This document shows, one piece after another, positions 1 through 9,161 of a stretch of 64,000 nt of DNA; position 1 is the first letter of the stretch; each line of letters starts with the position of its first letter. Both the position numbers and the translations under genes were made by a program. The stretch is from NCBI GenBank assembly GCA_963843795.1, contig CAWJLW010000006.1, forward strand, positions 124,001 through 188,000, written 5' to 3'. The notes beneath the pieces are model-generated. The model was not told where the DNA came from, ran no database searches, and saw only the letters and a program-made list of their open reading frames with translations. The stretch comes from an uncultured bacterium (GTDB lineage Bacteria; Armatimonadota; Abditibacteriia; Abditibacteriales; Abditibacteriaceae).

Positions 1-62
1 AGATACACTGTTTTTGTAGTCGTTTTCGTGCTATGAACACTGTGCTCTGCGCGATGGCGGCG

Positions 63-117
63 CGGAAACGTGATTCGCGTTTCCGTACGAAGCCCCGACG
101 TTAGCGCGTCGGGGCTT
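63..117. terminator. Two adjacent hairpins; the second (AAGCCCCGACG/CGTCGGGGCTT) is terminator-like
   Basis: Inverted repeats 63-70/78-85 and 90-100/107-117, followed by T-rich sequence. Confidence 0.4.
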
Positions 118-248
118 TGCTTTCCAATTATTCATATCCGAGTATTTAACTCGGAATTGACATAGAATTTGTACCACGCCACGCTAAATACTTCAAGGCT
201 ATCGTATTTACTGAGCACAAAATTTTTCGCAATAACTTCAAATCGCGC

Positions 249-1016
249 TCAAATCTTGCGGCATCGAAGCGCGATATTATATGATAACTTGCCGAAATTG
301 AGATCGAAATCGCGCGCGCGCAACGTTCTCAGAAGTCGATAATCTTGCCAGTAAGAACGCGCGCTACCGAACGCATCAATCAAATTTTCCACGCCATATA
401 ACAGCGGATACGCCAGCAGACCGCCGTAATAGGTTTCTTCAATTTCCCAGCTTTTGCCTAACAGAGCACACAACTGCCCTTGTGTGTAATGACGATGAAC
501 GTCGTAACGGAATTTCTCGTAGAATTTGCCGCCACCGGGCTTGGGAATTTTCAAGCGCCGTACCAGATCGAACGCGCGATTGGTGACGTTATCGGGATCG
601 AGTCCGGCGAATAAACCACTGTGCGGCGTTGAAAGAATGAGAGTGCCGCCGCTGCGCGTGACACGGGCGATTTCTTTGAGCGTAGCGCGGTCGTCGCGTG
701 TGTGTTCCAAAACTTCGGTGCACATTACTGCGCCAAAACTTTCATCGGCAAAAGGCAGGGTTTCGCCGGTCGTGGCGACGAATTCGACGTGCGGAAATTC
801 GTTTTTGGCCCAGTGTAAATTCTTCAAGTTGCGGTCGATGCCGACGGCGAATCGCCGGTTTTCTTGCGAATCCAAAGCGGCTTTTTTGGCGAGCCATTGG
901 GTATAAATTCCGTTGCCGCAGCCAACATCGAGAATCGGGCCGCTTTCGGGCAGCCAATTGTATAAAAGTTCGTAGCGATCCATCAGCGAATCGCGATAAG
1001 TCACAGGTGTGGACAT
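249..1016 (-). CDS. Class I SAM-dependent methyltransferase (Methyltransf_11-like)
   Basis: ILDVGCGNG motif I, LPFADESFG, EVLEH, GGTLILSTP. Confidence 0.85.
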   Translation of the reverse strand: MSTPVTYRDSLMDRYELLYNWLPESGPILDVGCGNGIYTQWLAKKAALDSQENRRFAVGIDRNLKNLHWAKNEFPHVEFVATTGETLPFADESFGAVMCTEVLEHTRDDRATLKEIARVTRSGGTLILSTPHSGLFAGLDPDNVTNRAFDLVRRLKIPKPGGGKFYEKFRYDVHRHYTQGQLCALLGKSWEIEETYYGGLLAYPLLYGVENLIDAFGSARSYWQDYRLLRTLRARDFDLNFGKLSYNIALRCRKI

Positions 1017-1079
1017 AAGAAATTGGGGTGCAAGTACTTGCAGCGAAAATCGGGAGGAAAAGTTGGAAACAGTTACGAC

Positions 1080-1111
1080 AACGCCGCGCTTTCCATAGAA
1101 AGCGCGGCGTT
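1080..1111 (-). terminator. Intrinsic terminator-like hairpin downstream of the prepilin-type gene
   Basis: AACGCCGCGCTTTC-cata-GAAAGCGCGGCGTT, 14-bp stem. Confidence 0.6.
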
Positions 1112-1129
1112 AGATTTTGTTGCGAAAAG

Positions 1130-1972
1130 TTACGGTGTGGTGAGAGGTTCGATGCACGAATCTTTGGTCATATCGCGTGTCGTGCCATCGAAGAAACCGG
1201 TGAGCGCGTTGCCTTTGGGCGAACCAAACGCCACATCGTGGAAGCGAATCGGGCCGGTCAGGCTCGATTTGTTGGCTTGGCCTTGAGTCGAGGTATTAAC
1301 GGGAAACGAATCCGGCGGAAGTGCTTTAGCGTGACCATCGGCGAACAAAAAGTTGGGACCGCCGTGATTGGCCGTCGCCGTATCGGTCGATGCAGTTTGT
1401 GCTGAAGCCCAGAAAAAGCCATCGTTGAGTGCTTCGTTTTCATCGACCAAAAGCACGATGCTGGACGGTTCTTTGACGCGCGCGCCATTAATGCCGCCCA
1501 CCGCGCAGTTCATCGAATAGGAAAGATGCTTGTCTTCGCCATATTCGGCAGAGGGGCAAATATAAACTTCGGCGTTGCGCGTGTAGGGCGCGATACCGCC
1601 TGCGCCGGTATTGGCAACATTGGGCGATTTCCAGCCGCCCTCATCATTACCGGGCGCGACAATATCGGCCAGAGGCTGATTGTTTGTGCCAGTCACCCAA
1701 TGACCGCTAGGCAATCCCCAGCCCTGATAATTGCCTGGAAACGGATAATAATCGCCGGAATCTTTCGTGTATTGCTGAAACGCCAATCCAAGCTGCTTCA
1801 TGTTCGACTGACAAGCGGTGCGTCGTCCGGCTTCGCGCGCATTGCGAAAAACAGGAAACAAAATTGCTGCTAAGATGCCAATAATGGCGATGACGACCAA
1901 GATTTCGACCAGAGTAAAGCCAGCACGACGCTGCGTTTTGTGGCGGGAAACAACAGGAAATGGACGTATCAT
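1130..1972 (-). CDS. Prepilin-type N-terminal cleavage/methylation protein with DUF1559 and H-X9-DG-like C-terminal motif
   Basis: [41 protein letters not shown] and [18 protein letters not shown] at 1972 with AAGGAG RBS. Confidence 0.9.
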   Translation of the reverse strand: MIRPFPVVSRHKTQRRAGFTLVEILVVIAIIGILAAILFPVFRNAREAGRRTACQSNMKQLGLAFQQYTKDSGDYYPFPGNYQGWGLPSGHWVTGTNNQPLADIVAPGNDEGGWKSPNVANTGAGGIAPYTRNAEVYICPSAEYGEDKHLSYSMNCAVGGINGARVKEPSSIVLLVDENEALNDGFFWASAQTASTDTATANHGGPNFLFADGHAKALPPDSFPVNTSTQGQANKSSLTGPIRFHDVAFGSPKGNALTGFFDGTTRDMTKDSCIEPLTTP

Positions 1973-2195
1973 GAGAATTCTCCTTGAACAACTAACGGCA
2001 TAACAATTGACGGCATCAGCAAGAGGAATTGTGCTGACGGACGAACCGCCAACGAATTTGCCGCTCATCGAAGTGCCGCTAAAGACACTTATTATTTTAC
2101 CGCGTTGCGTTCAATATATCACAAATGGCCGCGTGTTACCGTGGTGATAGGTGCAAATATCGTGATTTTTTGGTTCAGCAACTATACTGTCCGTT

Positions 2196-2735
2196 ATGGA
2201 ATCGCTGCGAGGAAATATCGTCGGGCTGACGCGCGGCCAGTTCGTTTTCGGCATCGTTTGCCTGCTGGCTCTGGTTGCCATTATTTGCGGTGCGCTTTAC
2301 GAAATCGGGCGCGTGCGGCGCGAAAGCCGCAGCGGAAATATCGTGATTTCTCAAGCGCAATTCCGCCTGCGATTGCTTTCGGCTGCGATCTGGTTTATCG
2401 CTTTGGCCACGCTGGCTTACTGCTCGACGCTGGGTTTGCCTGTGCGGGAAAATGGTGTGGTGGTGCGTGGTTTGTGGCCCAAACAATGGGCCGCATTAAC
2501 GGGCGGTTCGCTTTTGCTCATCGTCATCGCGCTCATTTTGCTGGCCTACGATGTGTGGCGCGTCAGTGCGCGTTCGCGCGCGCAGGAAACGTTTTTCGAA
2601 AAACAGCTTGAAGAATTGGCCCAGCGCGAAATCGAACACGCACAGAACAAGAAAAAAGCTTCCACTGAAAAAGCCGATTCCCCGACAAACATCGCACCTG
2701 ATACCGATTCCCCGAGCGAACATTTTGAACCCTAA
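2196..2735 (+). CDS. Hypothetical membrane protein (3 TM)
   Basis: 179-aa ORF with three hydrophobic segments, directly upstream of ribD. Confidence 0.65.
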   Translation: MESLRGNIVGLTRGQFVFGIVCLLALVAIICGALYEIGRVRRESRSGNIVISQAQFRLRLLSAAIWFIALATLAYCSTLGLPVRENGVVVRGLWPKQWAALTGGSLLLIVIALILLAYDVWRVSARSRAQETFFEKQLEELAQREIEHAQNKKKASTEKADSPTNIAPDTDSPSEHFEP

Positions 2736-3894
2736 TCTCCCGTCGCAATTTGCCCCCGACAGTGAAGACGAACAATGGATGCGCCGCGCACTGCTTTGGA
2801 GTGCGCGCGGACGTGGTCTGACTTCACCTCGCCCTAGCGTGGGCTGCGTTTTTGTGCGCGATGGGCGCGAACTGGGCGGCGGCCATACGCAGCACGGCGA
2901 TGGCACACCGCACGGAGAAATTTCGGCTCTTAACGCCGCGCGCGCCAATGGTTTCGATCTTCGCGGAGCGACCGCTTATGTCACGCTTGAACCATGTTCG
3001 CACTGGGGCACGACGCCGCCGTGCGCCGAAATGCTGATTCGCGAAGGCGTGAAACGCGTGGTGTGCGGTGTGGTCGATCCCGATTTGCGCGTGGCCGGTC
3101 GTGGGCTGGCGAATCTACAAAGCGCGGGCATCGAAGTCGTGGCGGGCGTTTTAGGAGAAGAGTGTTTTCGAGCGCAAGATGCTTTTCTGCTTTCTGTCGT
3201 GCGCCAAACGCCGTTTATCTCTCTCAAACTCGCGGTTTCGCTTGATGGTAAGATCGCTTTAAATAATGGCCAATCGCAGTGGATTACAGGAGCGGGCGCG
3301 CGTGAACAAGTGCAGCGGTTGCGCTTCGAGCACGACGCGATTTTAGTCGGCGTAGAAACGATAATTCAAGACGATCCGCGTCTGACTTTACGTTTGCCAG
3401 ACAAGAATAAGCCCTTCGATAAACCTTTTGTGCGCATCGTTCTCGATTCGCGCGGTCGCGTGCCCATTGCAAGTACTTGCATCGCAACCGCACATGAGAA
3501 TCCGACAATTGTTGCGACGACCGATCAAATGCCCGATGAAAAACGTGTGGAATTGGAAGCTTTAGGCGTGCAAGTACTTGCCTGTGCGCCCGATGAAAGC
3601 GGGCGCGTGAATTGGGATTATTTGCGACGTCAGTTATGGAGTCACGGCATTTACAGCGTGATGATCGAAGGCGGCGCGCAAGTCGCGGGCAGCGCATTGA
3701 AAGCGCGCATCGTGGATCGCGTCGATTGTTTTGTTGCTCCGAAGTTTTTAGGTGATGGCCAAAGCGCATTAGCCGGTTTCTCGCTCAATAATTTGGCGGA
3801 TGCGCCGCAATTAGAACGCGTAAACACGCAAAATATCGGTGATGATATTCTGATTTCCGGCTATCTGCCGTCGCGCGAACCTTCCGATAATTGA
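2725..3894 (+). CDS. ribD: Bifunctional riboflavin deaminase/reductase RibD
   Basis: HGE...YVTLEPCSH.G.TPPC Zn-deaminase motifs; KLAVSLDGKIA, SQWITG, MIEGG reductase motifs; start (TTG 2725) approximate. Confidence 0.95.
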   Translation: MNPNLPSQFAPDSEDEQWMRRALLWSARGRGLTSPRPSVGCVFVRDGRELGGGHTQHGDGTPHGEISALNAARANGFDLRGATAYVTLEPCSHWGTTPPCAEMLIREGVKRVVCGVVDPDLRVAGRGLANLQSAGIEVVAGVLGEECFRAQDAFLLSVVRQTPFISLKLAVSLDGKIALNNGQSQWITGAGAREQVQRLRFEHDAILVGVETIIQDDPRLTLRLPDKNKPFDKPFVRIVLDSRGRVPIASTCIATAHENPTIVATTDQMPDEKRVELEALGVQVLACAPDESGRVNWDYLRRQLWSHGIYSVMIEGGAQVAGSALKARIVDRVDCFVAPKFLGDGQSALAGFSLNNLADAPQLERVNTQNIGDDILISGYLPSREPSDN

Positions 3895-3900
3895 ACCCGT

Positions 3901-4881
3901 ATGATTTTCGCATTGATGGCGATGATGTTCTTCGCCGGTTCCGCTGTCGCGGCCAATCGCGCCGTGCAAACGCTGGGTTCGCTCAAAACTAACGCGCTGC
4001 GTTTGGGCATCGCAGTTTGTGTCGGCACCGTCTGGGCGCTCACGTTCGGACACGGCGCGTGGGGCGCGGGCTTGCATTTGATGCTGATTTCAGGCGCGCT
4101 GGGATTTGGCGTCGGTGATGTCGGCTTGTTTCTCGCTTTGCCCCTGCTCGGTTCGCGTTTGACGGTTTTAATGACGCAATGTCTGGCGGTTCCATTGGCC
4201 GCGCTCACCGAATGGTTATGGCGCGGCACGGTTTTGACTTCTGCGCAAACGCTCGCGTCGGCTTTGATTTTGGGCGGCGTGGCGCTGGCTTTAGCGCCCA
4301 ACCAAAGCGACGAAAAAGCGAAATCTGCCGTCGGCAATTGGACAGTCGCGGGTGTGGTCTTCGGTTTGATTTCGGCAGCCGGACAAGGTTCGGGAGCCGT
4401 TTTTAGCCGCGCCGCTTTCGATGTCGTGAAACGCAGTGGACAGGAATTGGACGGTTTGACTGCTTCGTGGCAGCGCGCAAGCGCAGGCTTGATTATCGCG
4501 CTTTTAAGTTGGTGGGTTTTGGAACGCGTTTCGGCGCGCAAACTGAAATCGCCGCAAACCGCATTGGTCGAAGTCGCGCACGAAATTTCGGAGCACGAAA
4601 ACGAAAATGTCGCTGCAAGTACTTGCAGCGCGCAACCCGCGTCACATGGCACGCGCTGGCTGTTTCTACACGCGGCGTTGGGGCCGTTATTGGGCGTGGC
4701 TTCGTTACAAACTGCGCTCAAGACTACACCTTCGGCTTTAGTTTTGTCGATTGCGGCATTAACGCCCTTGGCCGTGATGCCCTTGGCGTGGTGGCTCGAA
4801 GGCGACCGGCCCGGCGCGCGCGCGCTTTTGGGCGCCGCGGTTGCTGTGGCGGGCGCAGCGTTGGCGGTTCACGCGACGTGA
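3901..4881 (+). CDS. DMT/EamA family transporter
   Basis: ~10 hydrophobic helices, SGALGFGVGD and EamA-like repeat. Confidence 0.8.
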   Translation: MIFALMAMMFFAGSAVAANRAVQTLGSLKTNALRLGIAVCVGTVWALTFGHGAWGAGLHLMLISGALGFGVGDVGLFLALPLLGSRLTVLMTQCLAVPLAALTEWLWRGTVLTSAQTLASALILGGVALALAPNQSDEKAKSAVGNWTVAGVVFGLISAAGQGSGAVFSRAAFDVVKRSGQELDGLTASWQRASAGLIIALLSWWVLERVSARKLKSPQTALVEVAHEISEHENENVAASTCSAQPASHGTRWLFLHAALGPLLGVASLQTALKTTPSALVLSIAALTPLAVMPLAWWLEGDRPGARALLGAAVAVAGAALAVHAT

Positions 4882-4896
4882 GCGGCTTTAAAACAC

Positions 4897-4934
4897 AAAA
4901 ATCGCTCCTGCAAGTACTTGCAGGAGCGATTTTT
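4897..4934. terminator. 38-bp perfect palindrome around the GCAAGTACTTGC core; bidirectional terminator candidate
   Basis: AAAAATCGCTCCTGCAAGTACTTGCAGGAGCGATTTTT between convergent genes. Confidence 0.75.
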
Positions 4935-4954
4935 CGTTTCAACAACTGGCAAAA

Positions 4955-5689
4955 TTACGCCAGCGCTTCGGACATTGGGCGCATTTGGATTTCGATAATG
5001 CGCGAACCTTCCGACTGTGTGCAAGCCAGCAAAACTACGTCGGCCACATCTTGCGCCTCTAACATTCCCGATTCGGCCACGCCTTCTTCGGTGCGACCAG
5101 TGCCGATGGCGAACTCGGTTTTCACGCCGCCGGGACAAATCACTCCGACTTTGATGCCCTTTTCGCGCAGTTCGCGGTCGAGCGCTTGGGCGAAACCAAT
5201 TTGCGCGAATTTGGTGGCGCAATAAACCGCTTCTCCGGCGAAGCCATAAATGCCCGCAATCGACGACAGCATTAACAAGGTGCCCGATTTTTGCTCGATC
5301 ATGACGGGAACCGCGTGGCGACTGAATAAAAATGTCGAGCGCACGTTGGTGTCCATCATATCGTCGTAATCTTGCGCGCTGGTTTCGACGAGTTCTTTAT
5401 ATTTGCCCGCACCCGCGTTGTTGAGCAGAATATCGATGCGGCCGAATTTGTCGACTGCCGCTTGAATAACCGCTTGCGCTGTGCTTTCTTCACGCGCATC
5501 GCCCGCGACGGCAATCGCTTGCGCGCCCGAATCCTCGCACTGCTTGACCAGTTCATCCAAACGATCTTGGCGCCGCGCTGTCAAAACTAAATTTGCGCCG
5601 TGTTGGGCCAATGTGCGCGCTGTGGCCTGACCGATGCCCGCGCTGGCTCCGGTGATAATGGCGACTTTGCCACCTAATTTTTTGCTCAT
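4955..5689 (-). CDS. Short-chain dehydrogenase/reductase (SDR)
   Basis: TGASAGIG, NNAG, S..YCATK catalytic motif. Confidence 0.92.
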   Translation of the reverse strand: MSKKLGGKVAIITGASAGIGQATARTLAQHGANLVLTARRQDRLDELVKQCEDSGAQAIAVAGDAREESTAQAVIQAAVDKFGRIDILLNNAGAGKYKELVETSAQDYDDMMDTNVRSTFLFSRHAVPVMIEQKSGTLLMLSSIAGIYGFAGEAVYCATKFAQIGFAQALDRELREKGIKVGVICPGGVKTEFAIGTGRTEEGVAESGMLEAQDVADVVLLACTQSEGSRIIEIQMRPMSEALA

Positions 5690-5812
5690 AAATTCTCCTG
5701 AAAATCGTTTCTAAAATGGAATGCGGGCATGTTAAAAGCAAATCTTACGCCTGCGAAATTTTCCATCACGCTTAAAATTGCGCGCCAAATGAGTTAAATT
5801 GAAAAGTCGATT

Positions 5813-6421
5813 ATGTTCACAGGATTAATAGAATGCGTCGGCACGCTGGCGCAATTGGAAAAACGCGGTGATGCCATGCGCCTCACCATCGATACCGGCG
5901 ACAGCAAGTACTTGCAGGACGCTCAAATCGGCGATAGTATCAGCGTTAATGGCGTTTGTCTCACCGCAACCCACATCGATGGCGCGCAGTTCAGCGTTGA
6001 TGCCATTGAAGAAACCTTGCGCCGCAGCACGCTTGGCCTCAAAAACGTTGGCGACCGCGTAAATCTCGAACGCGCGTTACTGGCGTCGGCGCGTCTGGGC
6101 GGCCACATTGTGCAAGGTCACGTCGATGGCGTAGCCGATGTGGTGCGTAATCAGGACGAAGGCCAAAGCTGGTGGGTCACGTTTCAGCCGCCGAGTGAAT
6201 TGATGCGCTACATCGTGCAAAAAGGTTCGGTGTGTCTGGATGGAATTTCGCTGACAGTCGCCAATGCGGCTTACGATAAATTTTCGGTCGCTCTTATTCC
6301 GCACACACGCGAAGTCACGACGGCAGACGAATGGCAGATGGGGGCGCAGGTGAATCTGGAAATTGATATCATCGCCAAATATGTCGAGCGCCTGACGCAA
6401 TTTGCACACGGCCACGAATAA
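5813..6421 (+). CDS. ribE: Riboflavin synthase (alpha chain)
   Basis: MFTGLIE start, GDSISVNGVCLT, VNLERAL, GGHIVQGHVDG. Confidence 0.97.
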   Translation: MFTGLIECVGTLAQLEKRGDAMRLTIDTGDSKYLQDAQIGDSISVNGVCLTATHIDGAQFSVDAIEETLRRSTLGLKNVGDRVNLERALLASARLGGHIVQGHVDGVADVVRNQDEGQSWWVTFQPPSELMRYIVQKGSVCLDGISLTVANAAYDKFSVALIPHTREVTTADEWQMGAQVNLEIDIIAKYVERLTQFAHGHE

Positions 6422-6451
6422 AAATCTTCTGCAAGTACTTGCAGAAGATTT
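6422..6451. repeat. 30-bp perfect palindrome with the iterated core
   Basis: AAATCTTCTGCAAGTACTTGCAGAAGATTT immediately after the ribE stop. Confidence 0.85.
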
Positions 6452-6491
6452 GCAGGGCACGCGAGACGCGGTTTAAAGCGTCCAACACTTT

Positions 6492-7748
6492 ATGTTTTCT
6501 TCCATTGAAACCGCACTTGAGGCTTTTAAAACGGGCCGTTTTGTGCTTGTTACCGACGACGAATCGCGCGAAAACGAAGGCGATTTGATTATGGCGGCGC
6601 AGTTCGTCGATAAAAGCGCCATCAACTTTCTGCTACAAAATGCGCGCGGTATGATTTGCGTGCCTCTTCCGGGCGACCGTTTGGATGCGCTGCAACTTGG
6701 CCCGATGACCGAACGCAACACGGACCGTCACGGCACCGCTTATACCACAACTATCGACGCTGCTCGCAAATTGGGCAACACGACCGGCGTTGGCGCTTCC
6801 GACCGCGCGCGCACCGTTCAAGCCTTGATTGACCCGCAAACGCGTCCCGACGATTTGTCGCGGCCCGGCCATATGCAACCATTGCGCGCGCGACAAGGCG
6901 GCGTTTTGGCGCGCGCCGGACACACCGAAGCCGCAATTGATTTGTGTCAACTGAGTGGCCTTTATCCCGGTGCTGTAATTTGCGAAGTGATGGACGATGA
7001 CGGCGATCCGGCGCGTCTACCAACCTTACAAAAATTGGCCAGCGAGCACGATATTCCGATGATTTCCATCGAAGAACTCATTCGCTATCGCCGCCGAACG
7101 GAGAAATTGGTCAAGTGGGTTGCCGAAGCGCGTTTGCCAACTGCTCTGGGTGAATTTCGGGCCATCGCCTACGAATCGATCATCGATCAAACGCCGTATG
7201 TTGCACTCGTCAAAGGCGAAATCGAAGCCGATAAACCGGCTCTGGTGCGCGTGCATTCCGGTTGTTTAACTGGTGATGCGCTTTTGAGCTTACGCTGCGA
7301 TTGTGGCGAACAATTGCACACCGCGCTGGAACTGATTAACGAAAGCGGCTGCGGCGTTTTGCTTTATATCGACCACCACGAAGGTCGCGGCATCGGCATT
7401 ATCAACAAGCTGCGCGCTTATTCATTGCAAGATCAAGGCATGGACACCGAACAAGCCAATCACGCTCTGGGCTTTGGCTCGGATATTCGCGAATACGGCA
7501 CGGGCGCGCAAGTTTTGCACGACCTGGGCGTGCGCAAAATGCGCCTTTTGACCAACAACCCCACCAAACGCGTCGGCCTGGAAGGTTACGGCTTAGAAAT
7601 CGTCGAACGCGTGCCTTTGCAGCCAACCGTACAGAAAGAAAACGAGCGTTATCTTTGGACGAAAAAGCACAAAATGAGTCATCTTCTCGATGCCTTTGAT
7701 GAAGTCAAGAGCGCCTACGACGAAAGCAACGGCGAACAGAAATTATAG
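6492..7748 (+). CDS. ribBA: Bifunctional DHBP synthase / GTP cyclohydrolase II
   Basis: DDESRENEGD, RAGHTEA, VRVHSGCLTGD..SLRCDCG, LLTNNP. Confidence 0.97.
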   Translation: MFSSIETALEAFKTGRFVLVTDDESRENEGDLIMAAQFVDKSAINFLLQNARGMICVPLPGDRLDALQLGPMTERNTDRHGTAYTTTIDAARKLGNTTGVGASDRARTVQALIDPQTRPDDLSRPGHMQPLRARQGGVLARAGHTEAAIDLCQLSGLYPGAVICEVMDDDGDPARLPTLQKLASEHDIPMISIEELIRYRRRTEKLVKWVAEARLPTALGEFRAIAYESIIDQTPYVALVKGEIEADKPALVRVHSGCLTGDALLSLRCDCGEQLHTALELINESGCGVLLYIDHHEGRGIGIINKLRAYSLQDQGMDTEQANHALGFGSDIREYGTGAQVLHDLGVRKMRLLTNNPTKRVGLEGYGLEIVERVPLQPTVQKENERYLWTKKHKMSHLLDAFDEVKSAYDESNGEQKL

Positions 7749-7878
7749 AAAGGAATGTGGAAGTTAGGATGTGGGAGGTGGAACCTCACATTATATAAAA
7801 TTGGCGCAGATAAGAAAAATTCACCCCGCAAGGACTTGCCGCACAATTCCAACTTCCACATTCTCCATTCCCCACATT

Positions 7879-8346
7879 ATGAAAATTCACGAAGGCCAAC
7901 TCAGTGCGCAAAATTACCGCATCGCGATTGTCGTCGCGCGTTTCAACGATTTTATTACCGAGCGCTTGCTCGAAGGTGCGACCGACAGCTTTCGTCGTCA
8001 CGGCGGCGATGCCGCAACCCTTGAAGTCGCGCGCGTGCCGGGCGCTTTTGAGCTGCCGATTGTCGCCAAAAAATTAGCTGAAACCGGCCGTTTCGATGCA
8101 GTGATTTGCCTGGGCTGCGTCATCAAAGGCGCGACCGATCATTACGATTACGTGTGCGGTCAAACCGCTTCGGGCATTATGAGCGCCAGTTTAAATAGCG
8201 GCGTGCCAATTATTTTCGGTGTTTTGACAACCGATTCCATCGAACAAGCCATCGAGCGCGCGGGCACCAAAGCTGGAAACAAAGGTGTCGATGCGATGCT
8301 GGCGGCGATTGAAACCGCCGGCGTTTTAAAGTCCATCGCTGAATAA
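7879..8346 (+). CDS. ribH: 6,7-dimethyl-8-ribityllumazine synthase
   Basis: [43 protein letters not shown]. Confidence 0.97.
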   Translation: MKIHEGQLSAQNYRIAIVVARFNDFITERLLEGATDSFRRHGGDAATLEVARVPGAFELPIVAKKLAETGRFDAVICLGCVIKGATDHYDYVCGQTASGIMSASLNSGVPIIFGVLTTDSIEQAIERAGTKAGNKGVDAMLAAIETAGVLKSIAE

Positions 8347-8368
8347 CATTGCAAGTACTTGCAAGCGC

Positions 8369-8420
8369 AAAATCCCAAAAAGCTCGCGCATCGATCGATG
8401 CGCGAGCTTTTTGGGATTTT
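8369..8420. terminator. 52-bp perfect palindrome (ATCGATCGAT centre) between convergent ribH and rplY
   Basis: AAAATCCCAAAAAGCTCGCGCATCGA|TCGATGCGCGAGCTTTTTGGGATTTT. Confidence 0.75.
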
Positions 8421-8437
8421 TGAATCTGGCCCGAAAA

Positions 8438-9109
8438 TTATTCGGTTTCGGCGTTGGCTTCGCCATCCGAACCGTGTTCCGAAGGCACTTCTTCGGCAGC
8501 AGCGGCTTGGGCTTCTGCTTCTTCGGGTGTCAGCGGCTCGACTTCTTCGGCGACCGGCGGGTTGACGACAGCAACCGGAGTTTCGCCATCGGTGATGGCG
8601 ACGACGCCATTGGGCATGCTCAAATCGCTGACCAAAATTGGCGCACCATTGAGTTCCAAACGCGAAACATCGGCTTCGATGTGGTCGGGAATGTCGCCGG
8701 GACGGCTGGCGATTTCAATATCCAACTGCGCCTGCACCAGAATGCCGCCTTCGACACGCACGGCGTCGGTTTCGCCAACCAGGACAATCGGCACGACAGT
8801 GTGAATCGTTTCGTTGCGCGATACGCGCTGGAAATCGACCGAATACGGATAATTTTTGGCCGGATGGCGATGAACGCTTTTCAAAATCGCGGTTTCGTTG
8901 ACGCCGCCTTCTTCTTCCAACACGACCATACCGCGCTGACCGCCATGCGAAATCAAATCGCGCAGTTCGCGCGCGTTGACGGCAATTTTAACCGGTTCTT
9001 CTTTGTGACCGTAAATCACGCCCGGCACTTCGCCGGTGGCGCGCATCTGTTTGGCCGATTCTTTACCTGTTGTGTTGCGACTGGTGACTTTCAAATGATA
9101 CGAAGACAT
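8438..9109 (-). CDS. rplY: 50S ribosomal protein L25/Ctc
   Basis: R...GK..AKQMR..GEVPGVIYG, HP......VDFQRV, acidic tail; downstream of prs. Confidence 0.93.
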   Translation of the reverse strand: MSSYHLKVTSRNTTGKESAKQMRATGEVPGVIYGHKEEPVKIAVNARELRDLISHGGQRGMVVLEEEGGVNETAILKSVHRHPAKNYPYSVDFQRVSRNETIHTVVPIVLVGETDAVRVEGGILVQAQLDIEIASRPGDIPDHIEADVSRLELNGAPILVSDLSMPNGVVAITDGETPVAVVNPPVAEEVEPLTPEEAEAQAAAAEEVPSEHGSDGEANAETE

Positions 9110-9161
9110 AAAACTCCTTAATTACGCTGTACAAGTACTTGCACAGCTTCTTACATTAAAT

